Shown here one piece after another: positions 11,021-24,119 of a stretch of 64,000 bases of DNA. The DNA is from Camelus dromedarius (Eukaryota): the NCBI RefSeq assembly GCF_036321535.1, contig NC_087437.1:26228001-26292000 (forward strand). Reading direction: 5' to 3'. Every line of letters begins with the position of its first letter. The stretch's first letter is position 1. The translations under genes and the position numbers were made by a program. The notes below the pieces were generated by a model. That model worked only from the letters and a program-made list of their open reading frames with translations. It made no database searches and was not told the DNA's origin.

Positions 11021-12689
11021 AGAATATACCATTTGTGGTATTTATTCCAAGCACAGCTTCAGATTCAATTCAGCAGCATTGTCTGAACTCACAATAGGCT
11101 TCAGACATTATAGAAATATTTTTATACCCAACGAGCCACAACTAAAAACTTACAGGCAGTTCCCATCCAGACCCAGTGGGCAAATGTGGGTGTGATGCTA
11201 TGAAGCTGTGATTCCAAAGCATCCCAGTGACATAGTTTATCCAAAGCAGAGTTAATAGAGATAGGGATGGAGAGAGGCATATATAGGCATGTGTGTGTGT
11301 GTATCAAATGCAAATTTATTTCAAGTTTCCATATGTTTATGTATATATATACATTTCTATATACAAAAACTTGAAATTAAACTTAATGTTTTTAAAAACT
11401 GATCTAAGCTGTTTACACCTAGAAGCCTTTTGACCTTCCTCCTTACGGTAAAATCAGGAGCCTGAGGGCAGTCTGTCTATTCTTAGCGGGCTTTCCAAAC
11501 GTAGCTTCCCTTGGCTCAGGGGCACAGCTGCTGCAAAGCACTGTGGGTGGCTCCTCTCCATCCTCTTGAAACAACTGGTGGGAACCCAGCACTAGGCCAT
11601 CAACCCAGCTGTTCAATCTCGCTTCTAACTTTAGCAAGTCCATTCGCGGTTCATGTCACTAGGGCATGCCACATTGAAAACCACACCAGAGAAGGTAGAG
11701 CCCTAACCCGCCCCTTAAAAAACTCCAGGCACACAGAGCAAAGTCACACTTAGGTACCTACAGCAATACCACCCAGATGCGGAATGCGGGACCCACGTGA
11801 GCTGACTTCCGTGGGGCTTACCAGTGATCTAAGGCTTCACTAGACACAACGTATCAGCAGGCCTCCATCTCTCCGCCCAGTTCATTAGGTTCTCCATTAG
11901 CAGCTGCAAAGCCCATGAAAGTGGGCTGGAAGTCCATGAAAACCAACTCTGGGTCAAGAGACTTGTACAGACACTGTGCTATCTGTCGGCTTTCTTACTA
12001 GAATGCAGGAGGCATGCTTTCCCCCACTGTTAATGTACCATAAAATGGTCATGAAGCCCTTGTAATGTAATTACTTGCATTTAATTGATTATACATGCCC
12101 CCCAGCCTCATTTGCTTCCTTTTTTTAAACTGCACGTTCATTGTAATTACTTGTCCCAAAGCCAAGAGATTTCAGAATTATTTGACTGTTTATTATCCTT
12201 TGAGAGTTACTAATTAAAATAATTTCCTTCAGTTGAAAAGAGTTGCTCTTTTCCCGAATTCGCTTCCACGCTGCTCACCACTGAGGAGAACTCTAGGAAT
12301 GCCTTGCTAAGCTCCCCTATAATTGACTGCCTCCATTGTTAACATATGCGTGGACTTAAAAAACATTTAACGACTTATACAAATGGAGACAAAATGCCCT
12401 TTGAGTTCTATTGATAACTTAACCTTTAGCGTTTTTGGATTAAATCCCATTTCTCCAGAAGCAGGGGAAGCTACTGAATGAAAGCATTATGCAAAACGTT
12501 GTGGTGGGAATTATTTTGTGTCAAAATATATACAGTATATTATTTAACATGTCTTTGATTGAAGGTGGGTTTTCATAATCCCTAACCAAAATATACATAT
12601 CTTTTAGGGCTTCTCTAATTTGTGCTCCCTCCTTTAGGGAAATTGAAGTAATTTTGAGCAGGCAAATGACCCAGGACACTAGACATCAG

Positions 12690-13990
12690 GAGAGGGGCAC
12701 CTTTGGCATACAAGGGTCTAGAAGGGGACAGGAGGGGTACTTCTTGGAGCTGGAAATGTCCTGTTTCTTGAAGCTGCTTGTGTAGATGTGTACAATCTGT
12801 GAAAATGCATCAAGCAACATACTTAAGGTTTGTGTTCTTTACTACAAAAATTATATTTCATTTTTAAAAATAACGAAGAGAAGTTATTTCAATTTTTTAA
12901 AGTAATTTCTATAAAAGAAAAAGGGATGTAGTTACCATCTAGCAGAAATATAAGCATTAACCTCACGTGTTTACAAGAAACAGAATTAAGACTAGTTTAT
13001 TTTTCTACTTTGTTTTTTTTAAAAATGGTGCACAATATTTGCTTTGAACAAACCAATGTTAAAAAAAAATCTGGGAGAATTGGGAAAGTCTGGGTATGCA
13101 CTAGGTATTAGATGATATTAAGAAAGCATTGTTTGTGTCTTGATGTCATGCAGTAAGAAATTCACAAAATGACTTATGTTGTATCTTTGTCAAAAATTTT
13201 AACCTGATTTAATCATAAGAAGCCCGTGTGGAACATTGGTCTCAAATGTTTTTTTTTTTTTAAAGTTAACGTGAAAAGAAACAAAATGGTAAGAGGGAGA
13301 GGCACTTTTCTGAATCAAAAGAGAGAAAAAACTAAATGTAATACGTGAACCCTGATTGGATCCTGGAGTGGGAAAACACACACACACACACACACACACG
13401 CTAAAGACATTTTGTAACCAGGATAATTTGAATAAGGGCGGAATATTAGGTTGTATTATTTAATTCAGGTTACTTTTCTTGGGTGTAATCATGGTATTTA
13501 TTATTGTGTAAAAGGATGTCCTCATTCTTAGGAGATGCATGCAAGCGTGGAAATCTCATGTTGCCTGTAACTTGCTTTCAAATGATTTAATGAAAAAAAG
13601 AAAAGAATATACACACAGAAATGTGGTGAAATGTTAAGAATTGCTGAAACCAGATGAAGGAGGAATACACTCTTTTTCAACACCTCTTTGAGTTTGGAAA
13701 TGCTCAAAATGAAAAAAAATCATTGTTAAATGTATTAGGCCTGAAAATGGCAATTCTGTTAAGTAGGAAAATATCCTTAATTTTTAGAGATAATTATTCA
13801 AGTATTCATACTTAAAATATCATATCTATTATTTGCTTAAAAATACTTCTGTTAAAAATATGAAACAAATACAGCAAATGTTAACCGTTCTTCACTCTAG
13901 GGGCACAGGGTTTTTATACATATATATATATATATGAACGGTGGGTCATTATACTATTCTCTCTACTTGCATGTTTGAAGTTTTGTATAC
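12690..13990 (+). mobile_element. Cluster of old L1M (L1ME/MD-like) 3' UTR fragments
   Basis: 'ttcttggagctggaaatgtcctgtttcttga...tgtgaaaatgcatcaagc', 'accctgattggatcctgga', 'gtcctcattcttaggagatgcatgc' and 'cattatactattctctctac'. Contains a (CA)n at about 13377-13399. Confidence 0.65.
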
Positions 13991-14741
13991 TGTCAAAAAA
14001 TAGCAAGTTTTTGTGACATATCTTCTCTCTTACCAATAAAACCTCCCCAAGTGTTTTAGTCTCAAGTTGTCAAAATAAATTTCAGTAGAATTCCTCCCCA
14101 ATTAATTTTCAAAGTTCTCCATAAATTGGTAGAGTTTGGAGAGATACCTTTATTTCAGTGGACCCAGAATTCTGACTATTTGTAAATAAACTCAAACAGC
14201 ACACTTCCTTCTCAACTCCAGTTTTAACGATAATTAGGGGAAGGGATAGTTAAGTGTCCAAAAAGAAATACTAAAGTCTGTTCTGAAGCTTAAATGTTCT
14301 TTGGCCATTTTCCAAAGACAAGCCTTCGTATTCCTGTCCGGCTCTCTCAGACGCTGCCACTGATAACACAATGGCCTTCAGGAACTCATTTTTTTTTCTG
14401 GACCATTCTCCTTTGGGGAATTAGCTCTGACGCTTCTAATGCCCTTCCTGGACCCCAAGCAAGCCGTCCCAGGAAAATCACTCCGGAACCCACTGCTATG
14501 CCAGAACACCAATTAACCTAGAAAAGGAGAGCCCACTTCTCTGTGACCCTCTGACCACAGGAAGCAAAAAGCTGCAGATTTAATACCCAAGACAATAGCT
14601 CTGCTGCTGTGGGCCTTCGACGGGGACCTGCCTTTAATAGGGATGTTCTCTGCTATTATGACAACAGAGGCCAAAAAGCCCTCAGAGCAGCGTCCAATCC
14701 CACAGCCTCAGACCCCAGAGAACATATCGTTCAACAGACAA

Positions 14742-14870
14742 CGGTGTGGGTGGTGGAGTCAGGGAACACCTGGTTTGAAGGCCACATCTGCCACTGACTA
14801 GCTGTGTGACCTTGGGCAAGTTATTCAGCCTCTCTGTATTTCTCAGTTTCTTTATTTGAAAAGTGGAGAT
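14742..14870 (+). mobile_element. MIR (5' part; the remainder probably resumes at about 15595-15700)
   Basis: 'tctgccactgactagctgtgtgaccttgggcaagttattcagcctctctgt'. Confidence 0.85.
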
Positions 14871-14872
14871 AT

Positions 14873-15205
14873 GGAATAGTGGCTAACAGGTTTGGGGGTG
14901 GGGGATGGCAAATGAGTGAAGGCAGTCAAAAAGAATAACTTCCAGTTATAAGATAGATAAGTTTGGTTGACTGTTTACAGCAAAACTACAGTTAATGATA
15001 CTGTATTGTATATTTAAAAGTTGCTGAGAGATCTTAAAAGGTCTCATTACAAGAAAAAAATCTGTAACTATGTGAGGTGATGGATGTTATCTAAACCTAA
15101 TGAGGTACTCATTTTGCAATATACACATGTATCAAATCATCATGTAATTCATCTTAAACTTGTACAATGTTATACGCCAATTATATCTCCATGAAACCAA
15201 AAAAA
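14873..15205 (+). mobile_element. L1MA-like 3' end inserted in a MIR
   Basis: 'tacagttaatgatactgtattgtatattt...gtaactatgtgaggtgatggatgtt...tatcaaatcatcatg...caattatatctc'. Confidence 0.8.
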
Positions 15206-15244
15206 GGCTTAATTATAAAATTTTTTTTATTGTTAAAGCCTCAG

Positions 15245-15395
15245 AGCTCATAGTGTCAATGAAAAAGAATATGAAAACAAATATATGTACATATATGCAT
15301 GACTGGGACATTATGCTGTACACCAGAAATTGATGCATTGTAACTGACTATACTTCAATTTAATTGATTGATTAATTAATTAATTAATTAATTAT
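15245..15395 (+). mobile_element. Short cetartiodactyl-type L1 3' terminus with a (TTAA)n tail
   Basis: 'atgcatgactgggacattatgctgtacaccagaaattga...ttgtaactgactatacttcaat' is similar to the 3' end of the L1 at 26800-26880. Confidence 0.7.
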
Positions 15396-15409
15396 ATTTT
15401 CTAAAAAGA

Positions 15410-15700
15410 GGTCTGGAGTTAGGCTGTGTTCCAATCCTAGCTCCCACACTTGTTTGTATAAACTTGGGCAAGTTAATCACTCTGTACCTTAGTTTCCCAC
15501 CAATCTCTATGAAATACAAAGACCTTAAAACAAAGCCTGGAAGGTAGAAAGCCATCAATCAGCATTACCTATCATTATTATTATTAGGACAAAAGGACCC
15601 ACTCCATAAAGTTATCTTGAAATTAAAGTTACTGAGGCATGTAAAGCTCTTAGCATAGTGCCCAGCACATCGTAACTGTTTATAAATGTTTGTTATTATT
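15410..15700 (+). mobile_element. MIR fragments
   Basis: 'tctggagttaggctgtgttccaatcctagctc...cttgggcaagttaa' and 'atgtaaagctcttagcatagtgcccagcacat'. Confidence 0.7.
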
Positions 15701-16519
15701 ATTGGGCTTCACAATTACCGTTAGGTAAGCAATGCTGATATATTAGCGTCTTGCTGATGAGGGAACGGAGGATCAAAAAGACTCAATGACCCTTCCCTCT
15801 GTCACGTGCTGACGACAATGACTACTACTTCATGTCTCAAGGATCCACTAAGAAGGAGAGAGAAAAACTAAAATAGCATTAGAAGATGTACTCATGAACA
15901 TCAGCATAAGCATTCTGAAGCTAAGTTTAAAATAGAGAATAGTAAGTGATGGGAACAATTGTAGACTGCTCTGAGAAGGATGCTTGGAATTAAAGCAACC
16001 TTGGACATAAGAGCACTTTACTTTGTGCCCTTGAAAGTTCTGCTGAAATCCTTTTTCATTTGGTTTATTTTAGACACATTTTAAACACACAGAGAGCTCC
16101 CTTTGAAAAATAATTTCATTGCAAATCTTTTTGGAAAGTGAGTGATTATCTTTCCTGAAGAAATAAGCTCCCTCACCCTTTATTAAGTTATTGTAGGTAC
16201 AGCTTTTTCTGTGTTTGTTTAATCAAAAACAATCAGCATCTGTATTTAAGACGGTGCATGCCTTCAGGCGGGTGTTGGTCCATCTCAGGCAGAGAGTGAG
16301 GGTCCCTGAACATCTGGCTGCACCGAACACAGGTGTTAGTGCTTGATCTATAATGGACCAAATTCTCCCAATAGATGCCTTGCATCATTTGTTTCTCAGC
16401 AGCATATTAGAACTAACAGTGCAAAACGCCAAAGTCAAGAATACACCTGAGAGTACCTTCTTGAAGCTGTTAGTACTAGCTACCACCCAGCTGTTGGTTT
16501 CCGATAGAATCTCAAGAAT

Positions 16520-16690
16520 TTTCCTGGCATCATTATCTCATTTAATACAACAATCCTGCAAAAAGAAATTATTATCCCCATTCTATAAATGAGGAAACTG
16601 AGGTTCCAAAAGTTTAAGAGACTTGCCTGAAGCCCCAGAGCTCATAGTGTAGGAATTTGGACCCAGGTCTGCCTGGCACCAAAGCCAAGC
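16520..16690 (-). mobile_element. MIR
   Basis: 'attattatccccattctataaatgaggaaactgaggttcc...gacttgcctgaag'. Confidence 0.85.
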
Positions 16691-17541
16691 ACTCCTGAAA
16701 TTTTCTGTAATCTTAGTGTCCCTTGGAAGAAAAAAGAAGATACTCAGAATCTTAAGAATCTAAATCCAAAATGAAAAGAAAATAAATATTTTAAAGAACT
16801 AAGCCCAGTGGAGTCCAAGAATTCCCCTGTGGGCTCTGTGCAGAGCAAGACATCACTTTCTGAACAAATGCAGGCCGTGGGTTCCCCACCCCTAGCACAT
16901 CGCCTCCTGCTGGGTTGGAAGTGGCCACCATGGAGACCGCAAGCTCTGGTCTCCTATTGGTCATCCTGGGCCGGGACGCTACTTGGAGATTAACATTTAT
17001 AGGTCCAATCACAGCTGGGGACGTTGGTGAGATATTAAAAGAGAAACAGAGACAGAGAGACAGAGTGAAGGTGGGGGCAGAGAAGAAAAATAGAATGGTA
17101 AGAGCCGGCACTCCCCTCGCACTGAGGAATGTGAGTCCACCGCTGAGCACCGAGGGGGAGAGGAGCAGTTGACAGCCATTACGGCATCCGCAGTCGGGCT
17201 TCGGTTCAAGAAGAGTAACACTTGCTTTTAGCTACTGCCTCTGCGCTACAGAGCTGCATTTAGATAAATTTATGTTTTCCACATTTTTATTCTCTTTTAC
17301 CTTCCAACTGGCAGGCTTTCTTCCTAAACCTCTTCAAGGAGATAAAACTCAACTGAAAGGGGAAAACTGCTAGGAGCAGAATCATTCAGGAATTCTTCTT
17401 TTAGCAAAATAAATATAGGTAGTGTTTTTAATCACGGTGACCTGCAGTGGTAGGTCCAGCCTCTCGGTGAGGGGTGAGGCCTCACGACACTTTTGCCTCT
17501 ATTGTCCCTGTAGTTTTGTACATTCAAGAAGTCAGCTTACT

Positions 17542-17675
17542 GGGGGAGGGGATAGCTCAGTGGTACAGTACATGCCTAGCACGCATGAGGTCCTGGGTTG
17601 AAACCCCAGTACCTCCATTAAAATAAATAAATAAACATAATTACCTCTCCCTCCACACACACACACAAATTTTTT
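17542..17675 (+). mobile_element. Vic-1-type SINE (long form)
   Basis: 'gggggaggggatagctcagtggta...gaggtcctgggttgaaaccccagtacctcc' plus a 3' 'aattacctc' block. Imperfect TSD aagt(ca/tg)gcttact at 17529-17541 and 17676-17688. Confidence 0.92.
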
Positions 17676-20234
17676 AAGTTGGCTTACTTGCTTAGACTTT
17701 TTTTTAATTAAACAAAAATGAATAAAAGTTCGATAATTTTCTTGATATTTTAGTGACATTTATAAGCATCAAAGCTGGAGGGCCTAGCATTTTTAATTTA
17801 AAATTATATTTCATATTTGAGCCCTAAGGGGAAAAACACATTTAAACAGATGTTTCTATAGGACTAACAGCTACACTTCCAAACACAGATCACAGTGTTA
17901 TTTTCAAAAAAGAGCTTTGCAAAGATGTTCCAAATGTAGATCACCATGCCCCACTCCCGTCAAGCTTTGTGTAACTGAGTAAACAGACTGGTAATTGAAA
18001 TATCGGAATTCTTTAATACTCATCCAGAATCCACCCCAGATCTCTCTAGCAGTGGTCTAGTCACTGATTATAACACCATAAATCATACATCTACCACAGT
18101 GAGTAAGTAACTGTTCCCAACAGGACTCCTGTGTTTCTTGAGCTACTTGTGTTACATAAAACACAACCTCCCACAAGTAGCCTACCAAGAAGACCAGATC
18201 TTAAAGGCGGGCTCACTGCACTGGAAAAATGGTCTTATTACTAATTGTATCCAGCAACATGGATACATTCATCACTTAACAGAAGGGCTGTGCTTCTGAA
18301 CAGTTGCTGTCAAACAGATCTTTTTAAATCAAAGCCCCCTTTTTCCTTCCCTTGCGTATGATCACAGAGCTTACTCCTAGGAGACAAAAAGGTACGTGTC
18401 GTTTCATGCACACTTTGGATGTTAAAAAATGGGGAAAAACCTTGGACCACGTAATCTAACTTCCTAGCCAATCTGTCTTCTGCTTCACTCTGCCACATTT
18501 CTAGGCGACAGCAAAAAGCACTAGAAACACACACATCTCTCAGACCATCTCACCTCACCCTACAGAGGAAGGAGAATCAGATTTGGGCACGAGTTCATTC
18601 TTTCCTGGGTGCTAGCCCAGTGGCTCTCCATTACCAGAGGGCTTTGTTCCCCATTTTGAGGACTGGCACCACTGCTGAGCTGACCAGAGGCAGCAACCGA
18701 GTTTCACCCTGTGCTTATTTTTATAGGGTGAGAAAATGATTGCCCTATTATTGAGGATAACTCATTACATATGGACTTTAAAAAGTTACTATTTGCTCAC
18801 AAGAGCAATTTTAATGATATTTGCACTATGAAATTATCTTTAATTGACCAACCAGTTTTTAATCATATGCCACTGATGTTCCGGTCCTGCCATGTTTGGA
18901 TTCCGTCAGTCTACAAAGTGAGGGTTCCAAAATTGCAGTGACCAAAGTCTACCATGGGAAACTTGTTCAGAAATCAACATCACTGTGCATAGTACTGACT
19001 TGTAGAGGAACAGCTGGATAGTGGAAGGAAGATTTGATTCATCAAAGTGAATAAGCTAGGGGAAACAATGGGTCTAATTAGTAAATGGATTATTCTTGGA
19101 CCCTTTGCTAATTTTGAAAGGATAAACTTATTGGTTCCCATGGCAGAAAATGCAGAACAAATAACCAGGTTAATCACTGAAGTTCAAAAAATAGTTGGCC
19201 AGTGATGGTCGTTGTCAAGGGCTCTGTGTCCAGGAAATCCCGCCAGACAGGCAGTGTTTGCAAATGGCTAGGAAATATGGTCCACTGCCATCAAAAACAG
19301 ATGAAAAGCAGGATTTGGTTAAAAGAGTGAGTCTTTGCCCAAGCAAAACCTTTCCAAAATAAAGAAACAGTGTATGCTGGCTGCCAACTGACCTCAACTA
19401 AAAAGAGGGGACAGTCCCGCACGGGTGTTCATTATGCTCCCTCTCAATACTACGAGATGGTGTTGAGTGGAAATAAGACTTAATCAAGAGAAGACCCGAC
19501 CAACTCTGACAGTGTGGTAACATCTCAAACTAAAATCCTTAGATTCTCATTCAATCGCATATATTTTTCTTAACTTTAAAGTATACCAAGATAATGTTGA
19601 TTCTAGTGTTAAGAGAAACTACAATAACATAAGGATTTAGGTGTGTTTTCAAAATTTCAAAGATTTTTGGACTATCTCTAGGATATCTTTACATAGCAGC
19701 AAGGTATATGTTATACAGAGTAATAAAATAAGGCAAGGGGTTATTGATAATAATCATGTCAAAAAATAATGCTGTTATTAAGAATCAATAGCAGTACTCT
19801 GAGACTCTGCCTGTAACACAGTCCTCTATGGAAATACAACTGAGCTAACAGGGGTAAAGTACCCGGCACATAGTACGCACTATGTAAGTATTAGCTGACT
19901 AATAAAGTCACGAGACCCAAAAGGAAAAGAGAAGCCTGCCAACTTCACCCAATCCTAACACAAGTGTGCCTTCCTCACCCCTCCAAGAAAGTCAAGCTGA
20001 GACCCAGTCCTCTGTTCCTGACACTCTGTTCACCTGCACAGGAATAGTAAGACAGATACCACAATAAGCATTTTCTGCTCATGCACCTAGCATTTTCCTC
20101 TCCTCCTTGGTAGGAAGAAGGCCACTTCCACAAGGCAGGAATCACTCTGAGGTTACCCACTTGATCCATTAAATGAAGCTGAAGTAAAATGCTTCCATAA
20201 GTCACAAAACTGTGTATTTAAAAATTCACATGAT

Positions 20235-20630
20235 CAATTGTTTGACCAATAGAATATGGTGTCAGTTTACAGGCTCAAGTCAAAAAAAAAAAAAAAAAAA
20301 AAGCTCACAGCTTCCTCTTTCTGTCTCTTGCAACGCTCATTCTTAGAACCCAGCCAAGCAACCCAGCCACCATGCCATAAGGAAGCTCAAGCAGTCAACA
20401 GAAAGACCCTCGTGGAGAGAAAGCGATGCATCCGGCTAACAGCCAACATCAATTTGCTACCGACACCAATTTGCTAGTCATATAAGTGAGCTGCCTTGAA
20501 GAGGGTTCTTCTCACCCCACTCAAGCCACTCTGAGGGACACTATGTGAAGCAGATATAAGCTGTCCCTGCCAAGTCTGTCCAAATTGCAGATTTGGGAGC
20601 AAAATTAATGATTGATGTTTTAAGCCTCTC
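20235..20630. mobile_element. MaLR LTR (MLT1G/H-like)
   Basis: 'tttgaccaatagaatatgg', 'cccagccaccatgccataaggaagctcaagcag' and 'ccaaattgcagatttgggagcaaaattaatgattgatgttttaagcc'. Confidence 0.75.
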
Positions 20631-21520
20631 CCTCCTCCACCTGCTGAGCTGGCAAAAAAATCACATCATCTCAGTAAAACACAGAACTAGGGTCAGGTTC
20701 TAAATAATCAACATTCCTGAACTCAAAAAGATACATATTTTAAGAGATGGGTGCATATTTCAAAAAAAGCAACTCAAAAATGATCAGGCATGACTATTTC
20801 TCCTTTTCTTGAAATTGCAAAGTCAATTCTCCCCCTGAGAACTTTCCCATACTTAATATCTAATGTTTCTCTAGTTAACAACCAGCCCAATATGCCCAAA
20901 CTGATATATGCCCTGATTCTTCATTCTATACTAGTATTTAAAACAAAGCAGTATGACCAGGATACAAAACCAGTTTTTTCTGTAGATTTTTAATTTTACA
21001 AGATCTTGTTCCTTGCCTACCTTTTAAGGATCCTCTAAACTACTTGAGAAATAAGACGTGCATGTTTATAATGCCTGGGAAATAGTCCTAAAGGCAATAT
21101 AGCCAGCAAGCAGCCTTGTAATCATATGGTATGCAGTGGATGCCCCAATACAGAAAAAATTTAATGTAAGCAAGATATGAGAGATGGGATGCACTATACC
21201 TCCAAGATTTACACTATTGGTTGTGGTAGGCCTTATTTCTACCAGATTTTTAACTCCTTTTGAGCCTGGACCACATCTAATCTTCATATTCACCACGAAC
21301 GACCACAAACCACATCCTAGCAGAAAAAAAGTACATTTTATAGGCACTGAAGTAGGGGGCACGGGAGATGAGGAAACAATAGAGATGTTTTCCCACAGGA
21401 GAGAAATGTAACTACTTAGGGTTCAGAAGAAATGTTAGGAAACCTCAAGGCAAAGTGCGGTTAGAGTTTTTCATTCTCAAAGACACAGTGTAAAAGGATA
21501 CTTTAAAATCTTTTATATTC

Positions 21521-21610
21521 TTTTTTTTTTTTTTTGGTTGTTTTTGTTTTGGGGGGAGGAAATTGGGTTTATTTACTTATTGATTTTAATGGAGGTACTG
21601 GGGATTGAAC
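21521..21610 (-). mobile_element. 5'-truncated Vic-1-type SINE
   Basis: T tail followed by the reverse complement of the 3' block and of 'gttcaatccccagtacctccatt'. TSD cttttatattctt at 21510-21522 and 21624-21636. Confidence 0.85.
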
Positions 21611-22026
21611 ATCCCCAAAAAACCTTTTATATTCTTAAGTGAGCATTTGCATCTATTTTTGCTAACGATTTTTGGAATGAGCTGAGGCTGTGGATTAAGG
21701 GAAGGATGTGAATGGAGGCATTCGAGATGGGAAGACGGTTCTGGGAGCGCAAGCTTCCTTCCTTCATTTCACTCTGAGCCTTGAACAACCCTGAAATTCC
21801 AGCAGGCGTAGGGTCCCAATAGCTTGGGAACATCCTGGCTCAATCTTACAGACTTTAAAGATAAAAAAGCACAAGATCTTAGAGCTTAAACTACAGTGGT
21901 TGATCATTACCGTGACATAGCTTTTAAATGGTCACTAAAGCCCCTAAATAGCTCATACTTTCATCATTGTTTAAATGGACCATGCTGATGTTCAAATAAT
22001 TTATGAGAAAAGCCTAATCTTAAAGC

Positions 22027-22060
<34 letters not shown>

Positions 22061-22063
22061 CAA
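22027..22063. repeat. (TAA)n/(CAA)n microsatellite
   Basis: Directly visible. Confidence 0.9.
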
Positions 22064-23244
22064 CCAGGCTTCATCCAGCTCTAGGCTTCAACTGTAGAAA
22101 TCTATTTTCAAACTTCAAAAACCATTAACTTTCGGTAGGAATTTTTAAAGTCTGACAAGAGACTCCGAGGGAATCATGTGGCTCCGCCCACTTGGACGAG
22201 CCAGTGTCGCTGCTGAGCTCCCCGCCTTGTTCCCCACCCACCCTGGTCCCGCAAACTGCCTTCATCACTACTGCTCTCTGGCTTCCCACCAAGGAATGAT
22301 TTTCTAAGTGCAGTCGAGCAACCAGATTCTATGAAATAATAAAAGGAAAATGGATTTCATGACTGAAATCAAGCTGGGTGGAGACATAAAGGGTCTTTTG
22401 TTAATAACTGTACAAGGCAATGCAAATGAAGCCAGGCTTCACAAGGCATTCTGACATCTTAATGAAGATTTATGAAGAATTTTTGGCATATAAACCTCAA
22501 ATGCAAGAGGAAATGGTCACATAAAAACACTGTTTTATGATTTCTTTAAGTTGAAAACAATTCAAAAGACAGTTCCTTCATAATAATCCTAATAATTGAA
22601 TTGTGAGAGGTTTTTTTTTTTCTGTTCTCTACTCCAGTTACACTCCCCACCCACCGTCACACTTTTTTCTTCTTTCTTTGGTTGACTCTGAAGTGGTAGA
22701 GCTCACCAGCTTGCCCTAAAGCTGTGAACTGCCCCGCTGATGAAATCATGAGTGATGGGATTTCTCTATTCCACATAGAAAGTTTTGTGTTACACAGTTT
22801 TCTTTGTTCATGTTCTTAGTAATGCAGAAAATCAACTGACATTTTCTCCTAATAGTGATTGGATTATGAGATAATGTCAATGGGGGAAAAAAATGCTGTC
22901 ATCGTAAAATGCTTTACTGGTGCTACATAAATGTCATACAAAAAAGCAGCATGTGAAGCAGTGCAGATCTCATAAGGAACACATTTCCCACATCTGAGGG
23001 CAGCAGTGGTATTTTGCCAGAGTCAATGGATTTTATGTTGCATTCAAGATACACAGGGATAATTAGAAAGGCGGTGAGTTCACAAAGTATATTCAAAGGA
23101 CAGAACATTTTTAAACTTTATAAGCAGCAGTAATAATATTACTAGCAGTAAATAACTGCTAATAAGTAGTTTATGCAAAGTATTTTCACATTTCATAATA
23201 TGCAAAAGTATTTTTGCTTTTGGTTCTCTTAATATTTATTTCAT

Positions 23245-23370
23245 GCTCTAATCCTGGAAGGGAAGTATTATCACTCCCACTTTATAGATGAAGAAACAGA
23301 GGATGGGAGGTTAAATCATTTGCCTAAAGTCATGCTGCTAGAAAATGGCTAAGACCCAGCCCCAAGGGAT
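23245..23370 (-). mobile_element. MIR
   Basis: 'attatcactcccactttatagatgaagaaacagagg...ttgcctaaagtcatgc'. Confidence 0.75.
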
Positions 23371-24119
23371 GGACCATCTTATCACAGCGCAGGCTCGCAA
23401 GTCCCAGGGCACCCTAGGAAGGGTTTGCCACAGGCTTTGCAAGAGCATCCGCGTTGGCTTTGATGTCTACTCATCATCCAGAGGAGAAGCTGGAAGAGAA
23501 GCCAATCTTGGGAAATCAACACTAGAAGGGGCTTGCTTTACTCCTAGGGTTCTGGCTCCTTGACTCTTAGCTGTAATTCAGAAAATGCAGGAAATGAAGG
23601 AAGGAGGTCAAAGAAAGAGCTCCGGGGCTCCCAGGAGGGCAAGGTGCGCCCTGTGTCACAGTTGCTGCTCCAAGGGCTGCCTTAATCCCCAGTGCCTAGC
23701 CCAGCCCATTCTTCCCAGCCCACATGCTGACCAGCTGCTCGGTGCTTCTGTGTGGGAAGCGTTGGGGGGGCCGGGGGAGCAGGTGTCTGGCAAGGCCCAG
23801 GCTCCCGGCCCTCTGCACGCTGCCCTGCCTACTGAAGCCTTGCTGACCCCCCATCATCCAGATCAGACACCACGGCAGGCCAGGAGGCAGGTGCGAGGCC
23901 AGGTGCCTGGAGAAAGCAGGCACAGAGCAAGGCCCGTATAGGAACCCAAGCCTAAGTCCTGAATTCTCACCTACCAAGCAAAGAGGGGGAAATGGCAACG
24001 GAAGGCTTGAGTTACTGAGGCTCATAGTCACCTTGTCTCTGGGATTTCAGGGTGTCAAGGTTTATGGCAAGGCTCTCAAGCTTGTGCCCCTGGAGGAGGG
24101 AAGAATAAGGCACAAGTAA

